From an uncultured Kingella sp. (GTDB taxonomy: Bacteria > Pseudomonadota > Gammaproteobacteria > Burkholderiales > Neisseriaceae): a DNA stretch of 64,000 nt. Below are positions 1 through 9,697 of the stretch, piece by piece. The stretch spans positions 37 to 64,036 of the forward strand of contig CAUQQW010000002.1 in the NCBI GenBank assembly GCA_963520365.1, read 5' to 3'. Within the stretch, counting starts at the first letter, position 1; each line of letters starts with the position of its first letter. Position numbers and translations under genes: made by a program. Below the pieces are notes generated by a model. The model was not told where the DNA came from, did not search any database, and was given only the letters and a program-made list of their open reading frames with translations.

Positions 1-26
1 GCGTTGTGGCTAGCGTGATCGCTTAA
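1..26 (+). CDS. tuf: Elongation factor Tu, extreme C-terminus (partial)
   Basis: Reads ...VVASVIA* (stop 24-26) directly upstream of rpsJ, matching the EF-Tu C-terminus and the tuf-rpsJ gene order. Confidence 0.75.
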
Positions 27-43
27 TACAAGGATACAGACTG

Positions 44-355
44 ATGGCTAACCAAAAAATCCGTATCCGCTTGAAAGCGTATGATTACAGCTTGATTGAC
101 CGTTCGGCACAAGAAATCGTTGAAACTGCTAAGCGCACAGGCGCAGTGGTAAAAGGTCCGATTCCTTTGCCTACTAAAATTGAGCGTTTTAACATTTTGC
201 GTTCTCCACACGTGAACAAAACTTCGCGTGAACAATTGGAAATCCGCACGCACTTGCGCTTGATGGACATCGTGGATTGGACTGACAAAACAACCGACGC
301 GCTGATGAAGCTGGACTTGCCAGCAGGCGTGGATGTTGAAATTAAAGTTCAATAA
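44..355 (+). CDS. rpsJ: 30S ribosomal protein S10
   Basis: [22 protein letters not shown]...[18 protein letters not shown]. Confidence 0.99.
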   Translation: MANQKIRIRLKAYDYSLIDRSAQEIVETAKRTGAVVKGPIPLPTKIERFNILRSPHVNKTSREQLEIRTHLRLMDIVDWTDKTTDALMKLDLPAGVDVEIKVQ

Positions 356-366
356 TCGCTGAATCC

Positions 367-411
367 AAAGGCAGCCTGAAAACACTTAACCGTTTTCAGG
401 CTGCCTTTTTC
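367..411 (+). terminator. Intrinsic terminator built from an inverted DUS pair
   Basis: AAAGGCAGCCTGAAAAC-N8-GTTTTCAGGCTGCCTTT followed by a T-tract, just after the rpsJ stop; representative of many such DUS hairpins in the window. Confidence 0.85.
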
Positions 412-469
412 TATGCTGTAAACATGGTTAAAATTTTGGGCTGTTGCAACTTTTTAATTGGATGTAAAC

Positions 470-1957
470 ATGGATTTAGATATTTCTTGGGCGCAAGTTT
501 TTCTTTGGCTGCACATTTTGGCGGTGGCGGTGTGCGTGGTGCGCGTGTTGTACAAGCAGCGCAACACGGGCTCGGCATTTGCGTGGCTGATTATTTTGTT
601 TGTGTTTCCTGTGTTTGGCGTGATTGCGTATTTTGTGATTGGCGAGCCACGGCTGGGAACGGCGCGCGCCAAGCGCAGCGAGCAGATGAATGCGTTTTAT
701 CGCGCGTTTGCCGAGCAACATTTGGGCGACGATAATGCCGATGTGAGCAACAAAATGCAGCAGCGGTATCAAGGCATCAGCAATGTTGCCACCAGTGTTA
801 CGGGGCTTGCGCCGAGCGAACACAACGCCATGCGCCTGCTCACGCAAACGGACGAGATTATTGATGCGATGCTGGCTGATATTCAGGCTGCCCAACAAAC
901 GTGCGCGTTGGCGTTTTATATTATTGAACCGCAAGGAAAAATTCAAACGCTGCTCAGCGCGGTGTGCGATGCGGCAAAGCGTGGCGTGGAATGCACGATT
1001 TTGGCGGATGCGGTGGGCAGCGGCGCATTTTTTGGCAGCGAATGGGAAACACAATTGCGTGAAGCGGGCGTGCGGATTGTGCCTGCGCTGCCTGTGGGCG
1101 TGTTCAAAACGTTTTTCGCGCGCAGCGATTTGCGCAATCACCGCAAAATTTTGATTGTGGATAATTTGGTGGCTTACACGGGCAGCTTTAATTTAGTGGA
1201 CCCGCGCTATTTCAAGCAAGGTGCGGGCGTGGGCGAATGGGTGGACGTGATGATGCGTTGTCGCGGCGAAATTGTGCTGGAATTGGCGGCGGTGTTTTAT
1301 GCGGATGTGGCGGTGGAAACCGATGAAAATTTAGCCGAAGTGCAGCAGCAAATTGAGCAAATCAGCGACAAAATCCCCGAATTGCTGACGATTAAACGCC
1401 AATCGGGCGATGCGATTGCCCAAGTGATACCGTCTGCGCCCAACCAATCCGACCCTGTGATTTACGAAACCATTGTGTGTGCCATCCATGCCGCCAAGTC
1501 GCGCGTGATGATTACCACGCCGTATTTTGTGCCCGATGAATTACTGCTGACCGCGCTGACCACCGCCGCCAAGCGCGGCGTGGACGTTACCTTGATTTTG
1601 CCTGCTAAGGTGGATTCGTTGCTCGTGCGCTGGGCTTCGCATGCGTATTATCCTAAGCTGTTGAATGCAGGTGTAAAAATTGCGCTGTTTGACGGCGGCT
1701 TGCTGCACGCCAAAACGCTGACGGTGGACAACGATTACGCGCTGTTTGGCACGGTGAACATGGATATGCGCAGCTTTTTCTTGAACTTGGAAATCAGCCT
1801 TGCCATTTACGATGCGCCCACCACGCAAGCCATCGCGCAGTTGCAGCAGCAATATTTGCGCGACAGCCGCCTGATTTCGCTCACGCATTGGCAGCAGCGC
1901 GATAAGATTTGGGGCTTGGTGGAAAACACGGTGCGCTTGTTTAGCCCGCTGTTGTAG
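470..1957 (+). CDS. cls: Cardiolipin synthase (phospholipase D family)
   Basis: N-terminal TM helices, two HKD motifs (NHRKILIVD, LHAKTLTVD), GTVNMDMRSF. Confidence 0.93.
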   Translation: MDLDISWAQVFLWLHILAVAVCVVRVLYKQRNTGSAFAWLIILFVFPVFGVIAYFVIGEPRLGTARAKRSEQMNAFYRAFAEQHLGDDNADVSNKMQQRYQGISNVATSVTGLAPSEHNAMRLLTQTDEIIDAMLADIQAAQQTCALAFYIIEPQGKIQTLLSAVCDAAKRGVECTILADAVGSGAFFGSEWETQLREAGVRIVPALPVGVFKTFFARSDLRNHRKILIVDNLVAYTGSFNLVDPRYFKQGAGVGEWVDVMMRCRGEIVLELAAVFYADVAVETDENLAEVQQQIEQISDKIPELLTIKRQSGDAIAQVIPSAPNQSDPVIYETIVCAIHAAKSRVMITTPYFVPDELLLTALTTAAKRGVDVTLILPAKVDSLLVRWASHAYYPKLLNAGVKIALFDGGLLHAKTLTVDNDYALFGTVNMDMRSFFLNLEISLAIYDAPTTQAIAQLQQQYLRDSRLISLTHWQQRDKIWGLVENTVRLFSPLL

Positions 1958-2103
1958 TTTTCAGGCTGCCTTTATTTGTAATCAATCGGCAGCCTGAAAA
2001 CCATTTTGCCTACGTTTGCTAAACCAAATTAACTAACGTAAAATATAGCCGTTTTTCTGTAAACAAAAATTAACCACTTTCCAATTCCAATTAGGAGAAA
2101 ACC

Positions 2104-2832
2104 ATGTCTATGTTGAAACAAACCGTACTTGCCGCGCTGATGCTGGCAGCCATCCCCGCCTTTGCCAAAGGTCCCAAAGTGCCGTATGACCACAAAGGCA
2201 TCACTTCCGCCGACATCGTGAAAAGCCCCGATGTGCGCTGGGTAACCGTGGACGAAATCCGCGACAGCATCAAAGATATGCCGCCGATGACTGTGAGCTT
2301 TGACATCGACGACACCGTGCTGGTGTCTTCACAATGCTTCTATTTCGGGCGCAACAAATGGTCGCCTAACGGCTTTGAATACCTGCACAACCAAAAATTC
2401 TGGGACTACGTTGCCGACGGCTGCGATCTGAGCTCCATCCCCAAAGAATCCGCCAAAAAGCTGATTGAAATGCACCAAGCGCGCGGCGATCAGGTGGTGT
2501 TCATCACAGGGCGCACCCCTGCCAAAAAATACAAAGACGGCACCATGGATCAGCTCGCCAAAATCCTAGAACGCACCTTCGGCGTGAAAAACATGAAGCC
2601 GATTAGCTACACGCGCGACACGCCCGTTGCGCCCTATCAATACGACAAAACCGCCTACATCGTAAAAGCCCAATCCAAAATCCACTATGGCGACAGCAAC
2701 GATGATGTGCTCGCCGCGCGCGAAGCTGGCATTCGCGGCATCCGCGTGATTCGCCCATCCGTGAGCACCAACCGCCCCTTACCTGTGAATGGCGGTTATG
2801 GCGAAGAAGTTTTGGTGGATTCGTCTAACTAA
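2104..2832 (+). CDS. aphA: Class B acid phosphatase (HAD family, secreted)
   Basis: Signal peptide; [46 protein letters not shown]. Confidence 0.9.
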   Translation: MSMLKQTVLAALMLAAIPAFAKGPKVPYDHKGITSADIVKSPDVRWVTVDEIRDSIKDMPPMTVSFDIDDTVLVSSQCFYFGRNKWSPNGFEYLHNQKFWDYVADGCDLSSIPKESAKKLIEMHQARGDQVVFITGRTPAKKYKDGTMDQLAKILERTFGVKNMKPISYTRDTPVAPYQYDKTAYIVKAQSKIHYGDSNDDVLAAREAGIRGIRVIRPSVSTNRPLPVNGGYGEEVLVDSSN

Positions 2833-3073
2833 CGCACGAACGATGCGCCAAGCGTTTTCAGGCTGCCTTAATCACAATAGGCAGCCTGAAAATTTGTAAA
2901 CAAGAGATATCAACATCTTGCGCGTAAAATATCCCACTCGTTTGTCAAAACTGTGGCATAATCCGCGTCTCGTTTTGCTAGCGCGAAACGAATTTCGGAG
3001 TTTGCAAACGGGTGGGCATCTCTACTCGGCAAACTTGTCCGCCGCAAGGCATTATTTTTTTAGGAAAAACAAA

Positions 3074-3340
3074 ATGTTAACCGTAGAACAAAAAGCGCAA
3101 ATTATCAAAGACTTCCAACGCAAAGAAGGCGATACCGGCTCATCAGAAGTGCAAATCGCATTGCTGACTTTCCGCATCAACGATTTGACACCGCACTTCA
3201 AAGCCAATCCCAAAGACAAACACAGCCGCCGCGGCTTGTTGAAAATGGTGAGCGCACGCCGTCGCTTGTTGGCATACTTGCGCCGCACCGATGCGGAAAC
3301 TTACCGCAACGTGATTACCCGCTTAGGTCTGCGTAAATAA
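3074..3340 (+). CDS. rpsO: 30S ribosomal protein S15
   Basis: [23 protein letters not shown]...[13 protein letters not shown] at 3074 after an AGGA RBS. Confidence 0.98.
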   Translation: MLTVEQKAQIIKDFQRKEGDTGSSEVQIALLTFRINDLTPHFKANPKDKHSRRGLLKMVSARRRLLAYLRRTDAETYRNVITRLGLRK

Positions 3341-3565
3341 TAGGTAAAACACATTTTCAGGCTGCCTTGTGAACCATAAGGCAGCCTGATAAAGCATTCA
3401 AAGCGTGCGAAATAAATTTGCTTTGCTAAATAAGCCCCCAAGGCAGTCTGAAAGTGGGTTTCATTGTTTTCAAGCTGTCTCTTGTTGCCAAGGCAACCGC
3501 ATCAGCAAATTGCGGTACAAAAGGAGCAGTTTATATTTTGTGTCTGTAATAAATAGGTGGAATAA

Positions 3566-3910
3566 ATGAAACAATTTTTTTTCATCACTTATACATCTAA
3601 ATTAGATATTAATACTGTTGCAGAAATAATAGAAAAAGAATTTAACATCACTTTTAATAGGAGGGAAAGTTATTTTTTACATGACTATTTAAAATATTCT
3701 GGTGGAATTTTTGATAGGTTAGTAATAAAAAATAATATTTATAGTGATGGGTGCTATATTGATAATGCTGAAATTTGTTCAATAATTGAATTTTCTTTTC
3801 TCTCGGGAAGAAATAAAGATAAAAATAATAATTTTTTAAACGTAAAAGAAAAGCTCGTAGATTGTAGTGAAGTGTTGGAGTTTTATAGTGAGAATATTTT
3901 AATTGAATAA
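3566..3910 (+). CDS. AT-rich hypothetical protein, possibly an orphan immunity protein
   Basis: 114-aa ORF with upstream RBS-like AGGTGGA; far more AT-rich than its flanks. Confidence 0.6.
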   Translation: MKQFFFITYTSKLDINTVAEIIEKEFNITFNRRESYFLHDYLKYSGGIFDRLVIKNNIYSDGCYIDNAEICSIIEFSFLSGRNKDKNNNFLNVKEKLVDCSEVLEFYSENILIE

Positions 3911-3975
3911 AAGCAAGCGTAGCTTAGATTACCAAATCCAGCACAAGGCAGCCTGAAATAGCCTTTTCAGGCTGC

Positions 3976-4605
3976 CTATGTTTTCGCGCCATACTCGCAC
4001 AAATCGTTGATGATGCAGCTTGGGCATTGCGGTTTAAGCGCCTTGCAGGTGTATCGCCCGTGCAAAATCAGCCAATGGTGCGCGTCCATCAAAAATTCTT
4101 TGGGTACATTTTTCATCAATTTATCTTCCACTTCGCGCACTGTTTTGCCGCGTGCTAAGCCTGTGCGGTTGGCAACGCGAAAAATATGCGTGTCCACCGC
4201 CATCACGGGCTGCTTAAACGCCGTGTTCAGCACCACATTCGCCGTTTTGCGCCCCACGCCTGCCAGCGCTTCCAATTCTTCGCGCGTTTGCGGCACTTCG
4301 CCGCCGTGCTGTTCCAGCAGCGCGCGGCAGGTTTGCATGATGTGTTTGGATTTGGTTTGATACAGCCCGATGGTTTTCACATACTCGCGCACGCCGTCCA
4401 GCCCCAAATCTAGCATCGCTTGCGGCGTGTTTGCGACGGCAAACAGCTTTTCGGTGGCTTTGTTTACGCCCTTATCGGTGGCTTGCGCCGACAACAACAC
4501 AGCAATCAGCAATTCAAATGGGCTGCTAAAATTAAGCTCGGTGGTGGGATGGGGATTGGCGGCGCGCAGGCGCTCGAAGATTTCTTGGCGGATATGTTTG
4601 TTCAT
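3976..4605 (-). CDS. nth: Endonuclease III
   Basis: FELLIAVLLSAQATD, HhH GVGRKTANVVL, C-terminal 4Fe-4S motif CKALKPQCPSCIINDLC. Confidence 0.97.
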   Translation of the reverse strand: MNKHIRQEIFERLRAANPHPTTELNFSSPFELLIAVLLSAQATDKGVNKATEKLFAVANTPQAMLDLGLDGVREYVKTIGLYQTKSKHIMQTCRALLEQHGGEVPQTREELEALAGVGRKTANVVLNTAFKQPVMAVDTHIFRVANRTGLARGKTVREVEDKLMKNVPKEFLMDAHHWLILHGRYTCKALKPQCPSCIINDLCEYGAKT

Positions 4606-4678
4606 GGTGGGGAGTGGAAATGGTTTTCAGGCTGCCTGGTGGGGTGAGGCAGCCTGAAAAATGTTACAAGGGAAGGGA

Positions 4679-4999
4679 TTATTGTATTTTTGCAATCCAT
4701 TTGCCTTTGCGCTTAATGATGTGCACATCGGAAACATGGGTTTTTTTGCTGTCGCTGCGATAAAAGAATTCTACTTTGCAAGAAAATACCGCATCTGTCA
4801 TGCCGCCTTTGATTTTTTTGCAAGCCTCTGTGATAGTAAGCAAATTTTTGCGTGTATCTCGCATCTCTGGTTCTACGACACGAATGGCTTCTTTCACATC
4901 GGAATCGGTTGGGGGCAAAATAGTGAAATTATTGGTCTTATACACATGATAAGCCCCATACAAAATCCCGATAGTCACCAAAGTCTTTACAATCTTCAT
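4679..4999 (-). CDS. Small hypothetical protein with N-terminal hydrophobic anchor
   Basis: 106-aa ORF directly downstream of obgE, same strand. Confidence 0.55.
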   Translation of the reverse strand: MKIVKTLVTIGILYGAYHVYKTNNFTILPPTDSDVKEAIRVVEPEMRDTRKNLLTITEACKKIKGGMTDAVFSCKVEFFYRSDSKKTHVSDVHIIKRKGKWIAKIQ

Positions 5000-5025
5000 A
5001 ATCTTTCTCTCACAAAGTTAATCAA

Positions 5026-6174
<1,149 letters not shown>

Positions 6175-6371
6175 TCAAGTTCTCGTGTTTTAGGATGTTT
6201 TAGGCAGCCTGAAAATGGGTTTCAGGCTGCCTGAAAGGAATGGAAAATTGGGCGTATTATAAAGGACTTGCTGCGGTTTTGTCCGAATATTTGCTACAAT
6301 GCACCGTCTCGTTTTCAGGCTGCCACCAGCCATAGGCAGCCTGAAAACGCGTTTTACAAAAAGGAAATGCT

Positions 6372-6845
6372 ATGTCTCGCTCATCGCAAGAGCTTGGCGG
6401 CATCACGCTGCTGGGCAATCAAAAAACGCAATACCTCACCACCTACGCGCCCGAAGTACTGGAAGCGTTTGATAACAAACACCCCGATAACGATTATTTT
6501 GTGAAATTCGTTTGCCCCGAGTTCACCAGCCTTTGCCCGATGACGGGGCAGCCTGATTTTGCCACCATCATCATCCGCTATATTCCCGATGTGAAAATGG
6601 TAGAAAGCAAATCGCTCAAACTGTATTTGTTTAGCTTTCGCAACCACGGCGATTTTCACGAAGATTGCGTGAACATCATCATGAAAGACTTAATCGCGCT
6701 GATGAATCCAAAATACATTGAAGTGTTTGGCGAATTCACCCCGCGCGGCGGAATTGCGATTCATCCCTTTGCCAACTACGGACGGCAGGGAACGGCGTTT
6801 GAAGCGATGGCACGCGAGCGCCTGTTTCAACACGATTGCCAGTAA
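6372..6845 (+). CDS. queF: PreQ1 synthase (7-cyano-7-deazaguanine reductase), short type
   Basis: [46 protein letters not shown]. Confidence 0.96.
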   Translation: MSRSSQELGGITLLGNQKTQYLTTYAPEVLEAFDNKHPDNDYFVKFVCPEFTSLCPMTGQPDFATIIIRYIPDVKMVESKSLKLYLFSFRNHGDFHEDCVNIIMKDLIALMNPKYIEVFGEFTPRGGIAIHPFANYGRQGTAFEAMARERLFQHDCQ

Positions 6846-6862
6846 GCAAAAGGCAGCCTGAA

Positions 6863-7228
6863 ATGAAATATCGCCTATTTTTCATTGCCTTGCTCGCTGC
6901 CTGTCAACCCACAACGCTCCCGCCTACGCCCATGCCCACCACACTCGTGCTCACCCGCAACACCGCCGAACCCGCCACGCTTCATGCCGTGCAGATTAAC
7001 CACCAGCTCATCGCCATCTACGAAACCGCCGAGCCGCTTGCTGCCACGCAAGCCGTGCAACGAACGTTGTCGCCTACCGATGCGCCGATTCGCGCGGTGG
7101 AATTGGAAGTGCAATACCGCGCGCAAAACATTGTGGCGCGATGCGTGCCGCCCGAAGCATCGTCTGGCTCAACGCTGGCCGTTGTGTTCAATGGCACGGA
7201 GCGGCTGGATTGCCGTTGGCAAGATTGA
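6863..7228 (+). CDS. Hypothetical lipoprotein
   Basis: MKYRLFFIALLAAC lipobox. Confidence 0.65.
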   Translation: MKYRLFFIALLAACQPTTLPPTPMPTTLVLTRNTAEPATLHAVQINHQLIAIYETAEPLAATQAVQRTLSPTDAPIRAVELEVQYRAQNIVARCVPPEASSGSTLAVVFNGTERLDCRWQD

Positions 7229-7363
7229 TTGGGGCGCGGCGAAACAGCGTTTCAGGCTGCCTTGGGCACTCCAAATCAAAGCAAATCTCAACACGCGCAA
7301 GCAAAATTTCCCTATAATCCACCCCCTTTCATCGGCAGCCTGAAAACGGTTGCTCTTTTTTAA

Positions 7364-7482
7364 CCCCGCGCGGTTCGTAACCCTCCCGCGTTGATAATTG
7401 ATAGTTGATTGCAATAAAAATAAGGCGCTGGCAACGCCGTATTATTGTTGTTGAATCAACTATATCAAAACCAAAACTAGGA
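7364..7482 (+). ncRNA. PreQ1-I riboswitch with a long inserted hairpin
   Basis: Stem CGCG / loop GTTCGTAACCCTCC / CGCG, then an ~80-nt hairpin, then AAAACTAGGA overlapping the RBS of yhhQ. Confidence 0.8.
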
Positions 7483-7488
7483 AACCTT

Positions 7489-8169
7489 ATGCAAAACTAT
7501 CTTTTTTCCGACAAACAAAAATCGCAAGCACTCTTTTGGCTGGTGTTGTTCCACATCGCCGTCATCGCATCCAGCAACTATCTGGTGCAATTCCCCTTCA
7601 CCATCACGCTACCCAACGGCTTTGAAGTCCATTCCACATGGGGCGCGCTCACCTTCCCCTTTATCTTTCTCGCCACCGATTTAACCGTCCGCATTTTTGG
7701 GCAGTCGCTTGCCCGCCGCATCATCTTTTTCGTGATGCTGCCTGCGCTATTGCTGTCCTACGCGCTTTCCGTGTTGTTCAGCGAAGGGCATTGGGTGGGC
7801 TGGGATGCGTTGGCGCACTTCAATCTTTTTGTGTTCCGCATCGCGCTGGCGAGCTTTGCCGCCTATGCTTTTGGGCAGATGATGGATATTTTTGTGTTCA
7901 ACAAATTGCGCCAGCTGAAATCTTGGTGGATTGCGCCCACTGCGTCCACATTTGTCGGCAACGCGCTGGATACGCTGCTGTTTTTCGCCATCGCCTTTGC
8001 TGGCAGCGACGATGCCTTTATGGCGGCAAACTGGCAACACATCGCCTTTGTGGATTATCTGTTTAAGCTCACCATTTGTACGCTGTTGTTCGTGCCTGCG
8101 TATGGCGTGGCGTTGAATTATGTGCTGAAAAAATTGGCAGCGAGCGGGCAGCAGTTTCAGGCTGCCTAA
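7489..8169 (+). CDS. yhhQ: Queuosine precursor (preQ0/preQ1) transporter
   Basis: IASSNYLVQFP, TWGALTFPFIFLATDLTVRIFG, RIALASFAAYAFGQMMDIFVF; downstream of the preQ1 riboswitch. Confidence 0.93.
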   Translation: MQNYLFSDKQKSQALFWLVLFHIAVIASSNYLVQFPFTITLPNGFEVHSTWGALTFPFIFLATDLTVRIFGQSLARRIIFFVMLPALLLSYALSVLFSEGHWVGWDALAHFNLFVFRIALASFAAYAFGQMMDIFVFNKLRQLKSWWIAPTASTFVGNALDTLLFFAIAFAGSDDAFMAANWQHIAFVDYLFKLTICTLLFVPAYGVALNYVLKKLAASGQQFQAA

Positions 8170-8332
8170 TCGGCAAAAACATCAGTCGGGTGCGTGCGCC
8201 CGACTTTTTGTTTGCCTGTTGAACTCGCAATATAGGCAGCCTGAAAACACGCAATTCCGTTTTCAGGCTGCCTTAATGGTTTGCCCAATGAAAAACCGCT
8301 TGCGCGGAACACAAGCGGTTGGTTGCTGCTGT

Positions 8333-9502
8333 TTAATCAAATTTCTCTTTCAAACGCTCCCAAAAACTTTTCTGCCGCGGCGTTTGGCTGCGGTCTAGCC
8401 CTGTGGAAATGGTTTCAAACTCTTCTAGCAACTCTTTTTGACGATCGGTCAAGTTAATCGGCGTTTCCACGACCACATGGCAATACAAATCGCCCACTAA
8501 GCTGCTGCGCACGGATTTGACGCCTTTGCCTTTTACGCGCATTTTTTTGCCGTTTTGCGTGCCAGCGGGGATGTTGAGTTTAACTTTGCCATCCAGCGTA
8601 GGCACTTCCACTTCGCCGCCCAGCGCAGCGGTGGCAAAGCTGATGGGCAGCTCGCAATGCAAATCGGTGGGGATTTCGGGGTCGCGCTGGAATATTTTGT
8701 GCGCGGCAACGGAAACGTGAATATACAAATCGCCGTTGGGCGCGCCGTGTGTGCCAGGTTCGCCTTCGCCTGTGAGGCGGATGCGTTGCCCGTCGTCGAT
8801 GCCTGCTGGGATGTTGACTTCCACCGTTTTGCTGGCTTTAACACGCCCTGCGCCGTGGCATTTAAGGCAGGGTTCTTTGATTTCCTTGCCTGTGCCGCCG
8901 CAAGTGGGGCAGGTTTGTTGGATTTGGAAGATGGCTTGGCGAACATGTACCGTGCCTGAGCCGTGGCAAGTGGAGCAGGTGGTGGCTTTGGTGCCTGCTT
9001 TTGCGCCTGAGCCGTGGCAAACGTCGCATTCTTCGTAGGTGGGGATGGTGATTTGGCGTTTTACGCCTGTGGCGGCTTCTTCCAGCGTGATTTCTACGCG
9101 GTAGCTGATGTCTTCGCCTTGATAATTGGGTTGGCGTGAACCGCCTGCGCCGCCAAACATTTGGCTGAAGATGTCGCCAAAATCAAAACCTTGCGCGCCA
9201 CCAAAGCCGCCGCTAAATTCTTCAAAGCCGCCGAATCCACCGCCGCCAAAACCGCCTGCGCCGCCGCCCATGCCTTGCTCAAAGGCAGCATGACCAAATT
9301 GGTCGTAGGCGGCTTTCTTTTGCGGGTCGGATAGGATGTCGTAGGCTTTTTGGATTTCTTTGAATTTTTCCGCCGCTTCTTCGGGGTTGTCCAAATTGCG
9401 GTCGGGGTGATATTGCATGGTGAGTTTGCGGTAGGCTTTTTTGATGTCGCTTTCGCTGGCGCTGCGCGATACGCCGAGTGTTTCGTAAAAATCTTTGCTC
9501 AT
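8333..9502 (-). CDS. dnaJ: Chaperone DnaJ
   Basis: J-domain HPD, G/F-rich linker, four CxxCxGxG repeats. Confidence 0.98.
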   Translation of the reverse strand: MSKDFYETLGVSRSASESDIKKAYRKLTMQYHPDRNLDNPEEAAEKFKEIQKAYDILSDPQKKAAYDQFGHAAFEQGMGGGAGGFGGGGFGGFEEFSGGFGGAQGFDFGDIFSQMFGGAGGSRQPNYQGEDISYRVEITLEEAATGVKRQITIPTYEECDVCHGSGAKAGTKATTCSTCHGSGTVHVRQAIFQIQQTCPTCGGTGKEIKEPCLKCHGAGRVKASKTVEVNIPAGIDDGQRIRLTGEGEPGTHGAPNGDLYIHVSVAAHKIFQRDPEIPTDLHCELPISFATAALGGEVEVPTLDGKVKLNIPAGTQNGKKMRVKGKGVKSVRSSLVGDLYCHVVVETPINLTDRQKELLEEFETISTGLDRSQTPRQKSFWERLKEKFD

Positions 9503-9542
9503 GTTTTGTGTCTTTAATGTTGGTTAAAACGGATGCGGGGCT

Positions 9543-9570
9543 ATATGGGGGAGACGGGGCAAAAATCAAG
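9543..9570 (-). promoter_or_regulatory. Putative sigma-32 (RpoH) promoter of dnaJ
   Basis: Minus strand CTTGAT-N14-CCCCATAT, close to the CTTGAA-N13/14-CCCCATNT consensus. Confidence 0.7.
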
Positions 9571-9697
9571 GCTGAGGCAGCCTGAAAACGGATAAAGCAT
9601 GCTCGGATGCGCCGTCTGCTTGGCAGATGGGCGGTGCGGCGGTGCTTTATTTGGTTTTCAGGCTGCCTTTTGGTCTTTTGATTTGATTAAACGGCGC

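Noticed and set aside
2933..3060. Hairpin-rich rpsO leader as an S15 autoregulatory RNA
   Set aside because: Plausible stems are present but I cannot match them to a defined S15 leader family by eye
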